From Balanoglossus misakiensis (Eukaryota; Animalia; Hemichordata), in the NCBI GenBank assembly GCA_040954595.2, contig CM082577.2, forward strand, positions 17,313,400 through 17,377,399: a stretch of 64,000 bases of DNA. The letters are read 5' to 3'. Shown here in pieces: positions 11,086 to 23,100 of the stretch. The number at the start of each line of letters is the position of its first letter. Position 1 is the first letter of the stretch. The notes beneath the pieces were generated by a model. It made no database searches and was not told where the DNA came from. It saw only the letters and a list, made by a program, of their open reading frames with translations. A program made the translations under genes and the position numbers.

Positions 11086-11121
11086 GCTTGTGCCCCGCCA
11101 ACGCTGCTTGCAGCTTTAATT
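11086..11121 (+). repeat. 3' subterminal inverted repeat and terminal hairpin of the HINE-like element
   Basis: GCTTGTGCCCC (11086-11096) is the reverse complement of GGGGCACAAGC (9673-9683). The GCTGC-TT-GCAGC hairpin (11103-11114) is followed by TTTAATT. Confidence 0.92.
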
Positions 11122-14100
11122 CTTTTTTATTTTGTAAAAAAGACAATTTTTCAAAAAAAAAGTCGAAAATGGTAATTTTGTCTTGGGTGATTCAAATTAT
11201 CTCGCCTTTTCTGGAATTTGCAGCACTTTTTACAAGAGAACGACACTACATGCTCCATAATATTTCTGAAAATGAAGAAAAGAGTTAATTTTTTATGATT
11301 TTTTAAAGATTTACCATTTTTGTCAAATATGGCCAAAATGGCTATTTTTTCTTGAATTCCGTCAATATCTCTGCATTTTATGAGTGGTCGAAAGTTTTAA
11401 CATACAATCAACATGTCATATATGATCAGGGCACCAAATTCGAAGAACAAAGGTTTTTTTATTATTTTTTCTAAAAATGACATTTTCAAGGAAAATTTGG
11501 TAAAACGCAATTTTGTCTGCAGTGAGCCAAATTAGACGGTCTTTTGTGGAATTTGTATCGATATATACATACGAAGAGCATTCTATACTCCATCAGATTT
11601 CCGAAAATGTAGAAAACAGTTATTTTTTGTAATTTTCAAAAATTTACCATTTTGACCAAATTGTGGCTAAAATTGTTATTTTCGTGTTGAATGCCGCCAG
11701 TGTCACTGCTTTTAAAAGTCATAAAACCTTTGAACATACAAGCAATTGTTTATATATGATCAGGTCACCGAAATAAAAAAATAAAGAATGTTTTGCCTAA
11801 AAATGACCTTTTTGGTGCAAAAACGAATAAAACGCAATTTTGTATTAAATCAGCTCATTCAGAGTGCATTTTTTATAATCAGCACCATTTTTACTTATAA
11901 TGGAAATTTCATACATCATGAGATATCCAAATATGAAAAAATGATTTAGATTTTAGATGATTGTCCAAAATTAGCTGATATCTAATAAATGTAGTATTGA
12001 ACCGTTCTGTTCCCCCCCCCCCTACATTATATGCCGTACGCCGATGTAAGCTAACCCGGCAGTACTGCAGGCCGTGCCCCCAACTAACGTCGGTGTTTGA
12101 AACGCCCTGGTTAAATTCGGGCTTTCTCTATAAATTGACAGGCAATAATGCAGTCCTACCCGAACAAATGTCGAGTGTTGACACGCTGTGACTTTCCCTC
12201 TTCGGTTTGCCCGACTTAGCCAACGTCTTTGTCCTAGAGTGTCGGGTCTTTTGCACTGCCAGGCCGAAGGAAATCCGACTTGATCACCGTTGCTAACGAA
12301 CGCTAGTGTCTGTCATGTTGTGCCGGGGTTTTAGTCGAGCCAGGCCGTAGGAGATCTGACTTGATCATCGTGGTCAATGTACGCGTGTTTCCGCTCTAAA
12401 GTGCCGGGGCTTCAGCTAAACCAGGCCGTAGGAAATCCGACGTAATCACCGTTGATAACTTACGCCAGTCTGTGTCATATAGAGCCGGTGCACCAGCCGA
12501 GTCACGCCGTAGGAAATCTGACTTGATCAACGTGGTCAATGTACGCCTGTTTCTGCTCTAGAGTGCCGGGGCTTCAGCTGAGCCAGGCCGTAGGAAACCC
12601 GACGTGATTACCGTTGTTAACTTACGCCAGTCTGTGTCCTATAGTGCCGGGGCATCAGCCGTGCCAGGCCGAAGGAAATGTGAGTTGATCAACGTGGTCT
12701 CTGTACGCGTGTTTCTGCTCTAGAGTGCCTGGGCTTTAGCCAAGCTATGCCGTAGGAAATCTGACTTGATCAACGTTGCTACCGAACGCTAGTGTCTGTC
12801 ATAGTGTGCCGGGGTTTTAGTCGAGCCAAGCCGTAGGAGATCAGACTTGATCAACATGGTCTCTGTACGCGTGTTTCTGCTCTAGAGTGCCGGGGCTTTA
12901 TCCAAGCCATGCCGTAGAAAATCTGACTTGATCACCGTTGCTAACGTACGCTAGTGTCTGTCATATTGTGACGGAGATTTAGCCGAGCCAGGCCGTAGAA
13001 AAATCGACTTGTTCAACGTTACCAGTGTGCAACTGTTTCTGCTCTAGAGTGTCAGGGTTTAAGCCGACTTATGCTGTAGGAAATCTGAGTTGATGAACGG
13101 GAATCCAATGTTAGAAAACCCGTGTGGAAAGTATCTCTACCCGTTTGAAACTAAGAAAAGAATTTATTCTTATTTATTTTGTAAAAAAGACAATTTTTCG
13201 AAAAAAAGTCGAAAATGGTAATTTTGTCTTGGGTGATTCAAATTATACCGCCTTTTCTGGAATTTGCAGCACTTTTTACAAGAGAACGACACTCCATGCT
13301 CCATAATATTTCTGAAAATGAAGAAAAGAGTTAATTTTTTATGATTTTTTAAAAATGTACCATTTTTGTTAAAATATGGCCAAAATGGCTATTTTTTCTT
13401 GAATTCCGTCAATATCTCTGCATTTTTTGAGTGGTCGAAAGTTTTAACATACAATCAACATGTCATATATGATCAGGGCACCAAATTCGAAGAACAAAGG
13501 TTTTTTTATTATTTTTTCTAAAAATTACATTTTCAAGGAAAATTTGGTAAAATGCAATTTTGTCTGCAGTGAGCCAAATTAGACGGTCTTTTGTGGAATT
13601 TGTATCGATATATACATACGAAGAGCATTCTATACTCCATCAGATTTCCGAAAATGTAGAAAACAGTTATTTTTTGTAATTTTCAAAAATTTACCATTTT
13701 GACCAAATTGTGGCTAAAATTGTTATTTTCGTGTTGAATGCCGCCAGTGACACTGCTTTTAAAAGTCATAAAAACTTTGAACATACAAGCAATTGTTTAT
13801 ATATGATCAGGTCACCGAATTAAAAAAATAAAGAATGTTTTGCCTAAAAATGACCTTTTTGGTGCAAAAACGCAATTTTGTATTAAATCAGCTCATTCAG
13901 AGTGCATTTTTTATAATCAGCACCATTTTTACATATAATGGAAATTTCATACATCATCAGATATCCAAATATGAAAAAATGATTTAGATTTTAGATGATT
14001 GTCCAAAATTAGCTGATATGTAATAAATATAGTATTGAACCGTTCTGTTCCCCCCCCCCTACATTATATGCCGTACGCCGATGTAAGCTAACCCGGCAGT

Positions 14101-17100
14101 ACTGCAGGCCGTGCCCCCAACTAACGTCGGTGTTTGAAACGCCCTGGTTAAATTCGGGCTTTCTCTATAAATTGACAGGCAATAATGCAGTCCTACCCGA
14201 ACAAATGTCGAGTGTTGACACGCTGTGACTTTCCCTCTTCGGTTTGCCCGACTTAGCCAACGTCTTTGTACTAGAGTGTCGGGTCTTTTGCAGAGCCAGG
14301 CCGAAGGAAATCCGACTTGATCACCGTTGCTAACGAACGCTAGTGTCTGTCATGGTGTGCCGGGGTTTTAGTCGAGCCAGGCCGTAGGAGATCTGACTTG
14401 ATCATCGTGGTCAATGTACGCGTGTTTCCGCTCTAAAGTGCCGGGGCTTCAGCTAAACCAGGCCGTAGGAAATCCGGCGTAATCACCGTTGATAACTTAC
14501 GCCAGTCTGTGTCATATAGAGCCGGTGCACCAGCCGAGTCACGCCGTAGGAAATCTGACTTGATCAACGTGGTCAATGTACGCCTGTTTCTGCTCTAGAG
14601 TGCCGGGGCTTCAGCTGAGCCAGGCCGTAGGAAACCCGACGTGATTACCGTTGTTAACTTACGCCAGTCTGTGTCCTATAGTGCCGGGGCATCAGCCGTG
14701 CCAGGCCGAAGGAAATGTGAGTTGATCAACGTGGTCTCTGTACGTGTGTTTCTGCTCTAGAGTGCCTGGGCTTTAGCCAAGCTATGCCGTAGGAAATCTG
14801 ACTTGATCAACGTTGCTACCGACCGCTAGTGTCTGTCATAGTGTGCCGGGGTTTTAGTCGAGCCAAGCCGTAGGAGATCAGACTTGATCAACATGGTCTC
14901 TGTACGCGTGTTTCTGCTCTAGAGTGCCGGGGCTTTATCCAAGCCATGCCGTAGAAAATCTGACTTGATCACCGTTGCTAACGTACGCTAGTGTCTGTCA
15001 TATTGTGACGGAGATTTAGCCGAGCCAGGCCGTAGAAAAATCGACTTGTTCAACGTTACCAGTGTGCAACTGTTTCTGCTCTAGAGTGTCAGGGTTTAAG
15101 CCGACTTATGCTGTAGGAAATCCGAGTTGATGAACGGGAATTCAATGTTAGAAAACCCGTGTGGAAAGTATCTCTACCCGTTTGAAACTAAGAAAAGAAT
15201 TTATTCTTATTTATTTTGTAAAAAAGACAATTTTTCGCAAAAAAGTCGAAAATGGTAATTTTGTCTTGGGTGATTCAAATTTTACCGCCTTTTCTGGAAT
15301 TTGCAGCACTTTTTACAAGAGAACGACACTTCATGCTCCATAATATTTCTGAAAATGAAGAAAAGAGTTAATTTTTTATGATTTTTTTAAAAATTTACCA
15401 TTTTTGTCAAAATATGGCCAAAATGGCTATTTTTTCTTGAATTCCGTCAATATCTCTGCATTTTTTGAGTGGTCGAAAGTTTTAACATACAATCAACATG
15501 TCATATATGATCAGGGCACCAAATTCGAAGAAAAAAGGTTTTTTTGTTTTTTTTTTCTTAAAATTACATTTTCAAGGAAAATTTGGTAAAACGCAATTTT
15601 GTCTGCAGTGAGCCAAATTAGACGGTCTTTTGTGGAATTTGTATCGATATATACATACGAAGAGCATTCTATACTCCATCAGATTTCCGAAAATGTAGAA
15701 AACAGTTATTTTTTGTAATTTTCAAAAATTTACCATTTTGACCAAATTGTGGCTAAAATTGTTATTTTCGTGTTGAATGCCGCCAGTGTCACTGCTTTTA
15801 AAAGTCATAAAAACTTTGAACATACAAGCAATTGTTTATATATGATCAGGTCACCTAATTAAAATAATAAAGAATGTTTTGCCTAAAAATGACCTTTTTG
15901 GTGCAAAAACGCAATTTTGTATTAAATCAGCTCATTCAGAGTGCATTTTTTATAATCAGCACCATTTTTACATATAATGGAAATTTCATACATCATCAGA
16001 TATCCAAATATGAAAAAATGATTTAGATTTTAGATGATTGTCCAAAATTAGCTGATATCTAATAAATGTAGTATTGAACCGTTCTGTTCCCCCCCCCCTA
16101 CATTATATGCGGTACGCCGATGTCAGCTTACCCGGCAGTACTGCAGGCCGTGCCCCCAACTAACGTCGGTGTTTGAAACGCCCTGGTTAAATTCGGGCTT
16201 TCTCTATAAATTGACAGGCAATAATGCAGTTCTACCCGAACAAATGTCGAGTGTTGACCCGCTGTGACTTTCCCTCTTCGGTTTGCCCGACTTAGCCAAC
16301 GTCTTTGTACTAGAGTGTCGGGTCTTTTGCAGAGCCAGGCCGAAGGAAATCCGACTTGATCACCGTTGCTAACGAACGCTAGTGTCTGTCATGGTGTGCC
16401 GGGGTTTTAGTCGAGCCAGGCCGTAGGAGATCTGACTTGATCATCGTGGTCAATGTACGCGTGTTTCCGCTCTAAAGTGCCGGGGCTTCAGCTAAACCAG
16501 GCCGTAGGAAATCCGACGTAATCACCGTTGATAACTTACGCCAGTCTGTGTCATATAGAGCCGGTGCACCAGCCGAGTCACGCCGTAGGAAATCTGACTT
16601 GATCAACGTGGTCAATGTACGCCTGTTTCTGCTCTAGAGTGCCGGTGCTTCAGCTGAGCCAGGCCGTAGGAAACCCGACGTGATTACCGTTGTTAACTTA
16701 CGCCAGTCTGTGTCCTATAGTGCCGGGGCATCAGCCGTGCCAGGCCGAAGGAAATGTGAGTTGATCAACGTGGTCTCTGTACGCGTGTTTCTGCTCTAGA
16801 GTGCCTGGGCTTTAGCCAAGCTATGCCGTAGGAAATCTGACTTGATCAACGTTGCTACCGAACGCTAGTGTCTGTCATAGTGTGCCGGGGTTTTAGTCGA
16901 GCCAAGCCGTAGGAGATCAGACTTGATCAACATGGTCTCTGTACGCGTGTTTCTGCTCTAGAGTGCCGGGGCTTTATCCAAGCCATGCCGTAGAAAATCT
17001 GACTTGATCACCGTTGCTAACGTACGCTAGTGTCTGTCATATTGTGACGGAGATTTAGCCGAGCCAGGCCATAGAAAAATCGACTTGTTCAACGTTACCA

Positions 17101-20100
17101 GTGTGCAACTGTTTCTGCTCTAGAGTGTCAGGGTTTAAGCCGACTTATGCTGTAGGAAATCTGAGTTGATGAACGGGAATCCAATGTTAGAAAACCCGTG
17201 TGGAAAGTTTCTCTACCCGTTTGAAACTAAGAAAAGAATTTATTCTTATTTATTTTGTAAAAAAGACAATTTTCCGAGAAAAAAAAGTCGAAAATGGTAA
17301 TTTTGTCTTGGGTGATTCAAATTATACCGCCTTTTCTGGAATTTGCAGCACTTTTTACAAGAGAACGACACTCCATGCTCCATAATATTTCTGAAAATGA
17401 AGAAAAGAGTTAATTTTTTATGATTTTTTAAAAATTTACCATTTTTGTTAAAATATGGCCAAAATGGCTATTTTTTCTTGAATTCCGTCAATATCTCTGC
17501 ATTTTTTGAGTGGTCGAAAGTTTTAACATACAATCAACATGTCATATATGATCAGGGCACCAAATTCGAAGAACAAAGGTTTTTTTATTATTTTTTCTAA
17601 AAATGACATTTTCAAGGAAAATTTGGTAAAATGCAATTTTGTCTGCAGTGAGCCAAATTAGACGGTCTTTTGTGGAATTTGTATCGATATATACATACGA
17701 AGAGCATTCTATACTCCATCAGATTTCCGAAAATGTAGAAAACAGTTATTTTTTGTAATTTTCAAAAATTTACCATTTTGACCAAATTGTGGCTAAAATT
17801 GTTATTTTCGTGTTGAATGCCGCCAGTGTCACTGCTTTTAAAAGTCATAAAAACTTTGAACATACAAGCAATTGTTTATATATGATCAGGTCACCGAATT
17901 AAAAAAATAAAGAATGTTTTGCCTAAAAATGACCTTTTTGGTGAAAAAACGCAATTTTGTATTAAATCAGCTCATTCAGAGTGCATTTTTTATAATCAGC
18001 ACCATTTTTACATATAATGGAAATTTCATACATCATCAGATATCCAAATATGAAAAAATGATTTAGATTTTAGATGATTGTCCAAAATTAGCTGATATCT
18101 AATAAATGTAGTATTGAACCGTTCTGTTCCCCCCCCCTACATTATATGCCGTACGCCGATGTAAGCTAACCCGGCAGTACTGCAGGCCGTGCCCCCAACT
18201 AACGTCGGTGTTTGAAACGCCCTAGTTAAATTCGGGCTTTCTCTATAAATTGACAGGCAATAATGCAGTCCTACCCGAACAAATGTCGAGTGTTGACCAG
18301 CTGTGACTTTCCCTCTTCGGTTTGCCCGACTTAGCCAACGTCTTTGTACTAGAGTGTCGGGTCTTTTGCAGAGCCAAGCCGAAGGAAATCCGACTTGATC
18401 ACCGTTGCTAACGAACGCTAGTGTCTGTCATGGTGTGCCGGGGTTTTAGTCGAGCCAGGCCGTAGGAGATCTGACGTGATCATCTTGGTCAATGTACGCG
18501 TGTTTCCGCTCTAAAGTGCCGGGGCTTCAGCTAAACCAGGCCGTAGGAAATCCGACGTAATCACCGTTGATAACTTACGCCAGTCTGTGTCATATAGAGC
18601 CGGTGCACCAGCCGAGTCACGCCGTAAGAAATCTGACTTGATCAACGTGGTCAATGTACGCCTGTTTCTGCTCTAGAGTGCCGGGGCTTCAGCTGAGCCA
18701 GGCCGTAGGAAACCCGACGTGATTACCGTTGTTAACTTACGCCAGTCTGTGTCCTATAGTGCCGGGGCATCAGCCGTGCCAGGCCGAAGGAAATGTGAGT
18801 TGATCAACGTGGTCTCTGTACGCGTGTTTCTGCTCTAGAGTGCCTGGGCTTTAGCCAAGCTATGCCGTAGGAAATCTGACTTGATCAACGTTGCTACCGA
18901 ACGCTAGTGTCTGTCATAGTGTGCCGGGGTTTTAGTCGAGCCAAGCCGTAGGAGATCAGACTTGATCAACATGGTCTCTGTACGCGTGTTTCTGCTCTAG
19001 AGTGCCGGGGCTTTATCCAAGCCATGCCGTAGAAAATCTGACTTGATCACCGTTGCTAACGTACACTAGTGTCTGTCATATTGTGACGGAGATTTAGCCG
19101 AGCCAGGCCGTAGAAAAATCGACTTGTTCAACGTTACCAGTGTGCAACTGTTTCTGCTCTAGAGTGTCAGGGTTTAAGCCGACTTATGCTGTAGGAAATC
19201 TGAGTTGATGAACGGTAATTCAATGTTAGAAAACCCGTGTGGAAAGTATCTCTACCCGTTTGAAACTAAGAAAAGAATTTATTCTTATTTATTTTGTAAA
19301 AAAGACAATTTTTCGAAAAAAAGTCGAAAATGGTAATTTTGTCTTGGGTGATTCAAATTATCTCGCCTTTTCTGGAATTTGCAGCACTTTTTACAAGAGA
19401 ACGACACTTCATGCTCCATAATATTTCTGAAAATGAAGAAAAGAGTTAATTTTTTATGATTTTTTAAAAATTTACAATTTTTGTCAAATATGGCCAAAAT
19501 GGCTATTTTTTCTTGAATTCCGTCAATATCTCTGCATTTTTTGAGTGGTCGAAAGTTTTAACATACAATCAACATGTCATATATGATCATGGCACCAAAT
19601 TCGAAGAACAAAGGTTTTTTTATTATTTTTTCTAAAAATGACATTTTCAAGGAAAATTTGGTAAAATGCAATTTTGTCTGCAGTGAGCCAAATTAGACGG
19701 TCTTTTGTGGAATTTGTATCGATATATACATACGAAGAGCATTCTATACTCCATCAGATTTCCGAAAATGTAGAAAACAGTTATTTTTTGTAATTTTCAA
19801 AAATTTACCATTTTGACCAAATTGTGGCTAAAATTGTTATTTTCGTGTTGAATGCCGCCAGTGTCACTGCTTTTAAAAGTCATAAAAACTTTGAACATAC
19901 AAGCAATTGTTTATATATGATCAGGTCACCGAATTAAAAGAATAAAGAATGTTTTGCCTAAAAATGACCTTTTTGGTGCAAAAACGCAATTTTGTATTAA
20001 ATCAGCTCATTCAGAGTGCATTTTTTATAATCAGCACCATTTTTACATATAATGGAAATTTCATACATCATCAGATATCCAAATATGAAAAAATGATTTA

Positions 20101-23100
20101 GATTTTAGATGATTGTCCAAAATTAGCTGATATCTAATAAATGTAGTATTGAACCGTTCTGTTCCCCCCCCCCTACATTATATGCCGTACGCCGATGTAA
20201 GCTAACCCGGCAGTACTGCAGGCCGTGCCCCCAACTAACGTCGGTGTTTGAAACGCCCTGGTTAAATTCGGGCTTTCTCTATAAATTGACAGGCAATAAT
20301 GCAGTCCTACCCGAACAAATGTCGAGTGTTGACCCGCTGTGACTTTCCCTCTTCGGTTTGCCCGACTTAGCCAACGTCTTTGTACTAGAGTGTCGGGTCT
20401 TTTGCAGAGCCAGGCCGAAGGAAATCCGACTTGATCACCGTTGCTAACGAACGCTAGTGTCTGTCATGGTGTGCCGGGGTTTTAGTCGAGCCAGGCCGTA
20501 GGAGATCTGACGTGATCATCTTGGTCAATGTACGCGTGTTTCCGCTCTAAAGTGCCGGGGCTTCAGCTAAACCAGGCCGTAGGAAATCCGACGTAATCAC
20601 CGTTGATAACTTACGCCAGTCTGTGTCATATAGAGCCGGTGCACCAGCCGAGTCACGCCGTAAGAAATCTGACTTGATCAACGTGGTCAATGTACGCCTG
20701 TTTCTGCTCTAGAGTGCCGGGGCTTCAGCTGAGCCAGGCCGTAGGAAACCCGACGTGATTACCGTTGTTAACTTACGCCAGTCTGTGTCCTATAGTGCCG
20801 GGGCATCAGCCGTGCCAGGCCGAAGGAAATGTGAGTTGATCAACGTGGTCTCTGTACGCGTGTTTCTGCTCTAGAGTGCCTGGGCTTTAGCCAAGCTATG
20901 CCGTAGGAAATCTGACTTGATCAACGTTGCTACCGAACGCTAGTGTCTGTCATAGTGTGCCGGGGTTTTAGTCGAGCCAAGCCGTAGGAGATCAGACTTG
21001 ATCAACATGGTCTCTGTACGCGTGTTTCTGCTCTAGAGTGCCGAGGCTTTATCCAAGCCATGCCGTAGAAAATCTGACTTGATCACCGTTGCTAACGTAC
21101 ACTAGTGTCTGTCATATTGTGACGGAGATTTAGCCGAGCCAGGCCGTAGAAAAATCGACTTGTTCAACGTTACCAGTGTGCAACTGTTTCTGCTCTAGAG
21201 TGTCAGGGTTTAAGCCGACTTATGCTGTAGGAAATCTGAGTTGATGAACGGTAATTCAATGTTAGAAAACCCGTGTGGAAAGTATCTCTAACCGTTTGAA
21301 ACTAAGAAAAGAATTTATTCTTATTTATTTTGTAAAAAAGACAATTTTTCGAAAAAAAAGTCGAAAATGGTAATTTTGTCTTGGGTGATTCAAATTATCT
21401 CGCCTTTTCTGGAATTTGCAGCACTTTTTACAAGAGAACGACACTTCATGCTCCATAATATTTCTGAAAATGAAGAAAAGAGTTAATTTTTTATGATTTT
21501 TCAAAAATTTACAATTTTTGTCAAATATGGCCAAAATGGCTATTTTTTCTTGAATTCCGTCAATATCTCTGCATTTTTTGAGTGGTCGAAAGTTTTAACA
21601 TACAATCAACATGTCATATATGATCATGGCACCAAATTCGAAGAACAAAGGTTTTTTTATTATTTTTTCTAAAAATGACATTTTCAAGGAAAATTTGGTA
21701 AAATGCAATTTTGTCTGCAGTGAGCCAAATTAGACGGTCTTTTGTGGAATTTGTATCGATATATACATACGAAGAGCATTCTATACTCCATCAGATTTCC
21801 GAAAATGTAGAAAACAGTTATTTTTTGTAATTTTCAAAAATTTACCATTTTGACCAAATTGTGGCTAAAATTGTTATTTTCGTGTTGAATGCCGCCAGTG
21901 TCACTGCTTTTAAAAGTCATAAAAACTTTGAACATACAAGCAATTGTTTATATATGATCAGGTCACCGAATTAAAAAAAATAAAGAATGTTTTGCCTAAA
22001 AATGACCTTTTTGGTGCAAAAACGCAATTTTGTATTAAATCAGCTCATTCAGAGTGCATTTTTTATAATCAGCACCATTTTTACATATAATGGAAATTTC
22101 ATACATCATCAGATATCCAAATATGAAAAAATGATTTAGATTTTAGATGATTGTCCAAAATTAGCTGATATCTAATAAATGTAGTATTGAACCGTTCTGT
22201 TCCCCCCCCCCCTACATTATATGCCGTACGCCGATGTAAGCTAACCCGGCAGTACTGCAGGCCGTGCCCCCAACTAACGTCGGTGTTTGAAACGCCCTGG
22301 TTAAATTCGGGCTTTCTCTATAAATTGACAGGCAATAATGCAGTCCTACCCGAACAAATGTCGAGTGTTGACCCGCTGTGACTTTCCCTCTTCGGTTTGC
22401 CCGACTTAGCCAACGTCTTTGTACTAGAGTGTCGGGTCTTTTGCAGAGCCAGGCCGAAGGAAATCCGACTTGATCACCGTTGCTAACGAACGCTAGTGTC
22501 TGTCATGGTGTGCCGGGGTTTTAGTCGAGCCAGGCCGTAGGAGATCTGACGTGATCATCTTGGTCAATGTACGCGTGTTTCCGCTCTAAAGTGCCGGGAC
22601 TTCAGCTAAACCAGGCCGTAGGAAATCCGACGTAATCACCGTTGATAACTTACGCCAGTCTGTGTCATATAGAGCCGGTGCACCAGCCGAGTCACGCCGT
22701 AAGAAATCTGACTTGATCAACGTGGTCAATGTACGCCTGTTTCTGCTCTAGAGTGCCGGGGCTTCAGCTGAGCCAGGCCGTAGGAAACCCGACGTGATTA
22801 CCGTTGTTAACTTACGCCAGTCTGTGTCCTATAGTGCCGGGGCATCAGCCGTGCCAGGCCGAAGGAAATGTGAGTTGATCAACGTGGTCTCTGTACGCGT
22901 GTTTCTGCTCTAGAGTGCCTGGGCTTTAGCCAAGCTATGCCGTAGGAAATCTGACTTGATCGACGTTGCTACCGAACGGTAGTGTTTGTCATAGTGTTCC
23001 GGGGTTTTAGTCGAGCCAAGCCGTAGGAGATCAGACTTGATCAACATGGTCTCTGTACGCGTGTTTCTGCTCTAGAGTGCCGGGGCTTTATCCAAGCCAT

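Larger units (their letters stand above)
9672..11121 (+). mobile_element. Non-autonomous Helentron-type element (HINE/DINE-1-like), ~1450 bp, inserted in unit 5
   Basis: Absent from all other units, so the empty site AAGAATTTATT/CTTATTT is visible. It has a 5' subterminal repeat GGGGCACAAGC inside a hairpin, an (ATT)8 microsatellite, central tandem repeats, the inverted partner GCTTGTGCCCC (11086-11096), a 3' hairpin GCTGC-TT-GCAGC and a T-rich target. This module order is the described DINE-1/HINE architecture. No transposase ORF. The boundary is ambiguous by 3 bp (ATT). Confidence 0.88.

Noticed and set aside
10012-11336. ORFs inside or overlapping the inserted element as transposase remnants
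   Set aside because: They are short, have no HUH-Rep, PIF1 helicase, endonuclease or DDE motifs, and one is a chimera across the insertion junction.
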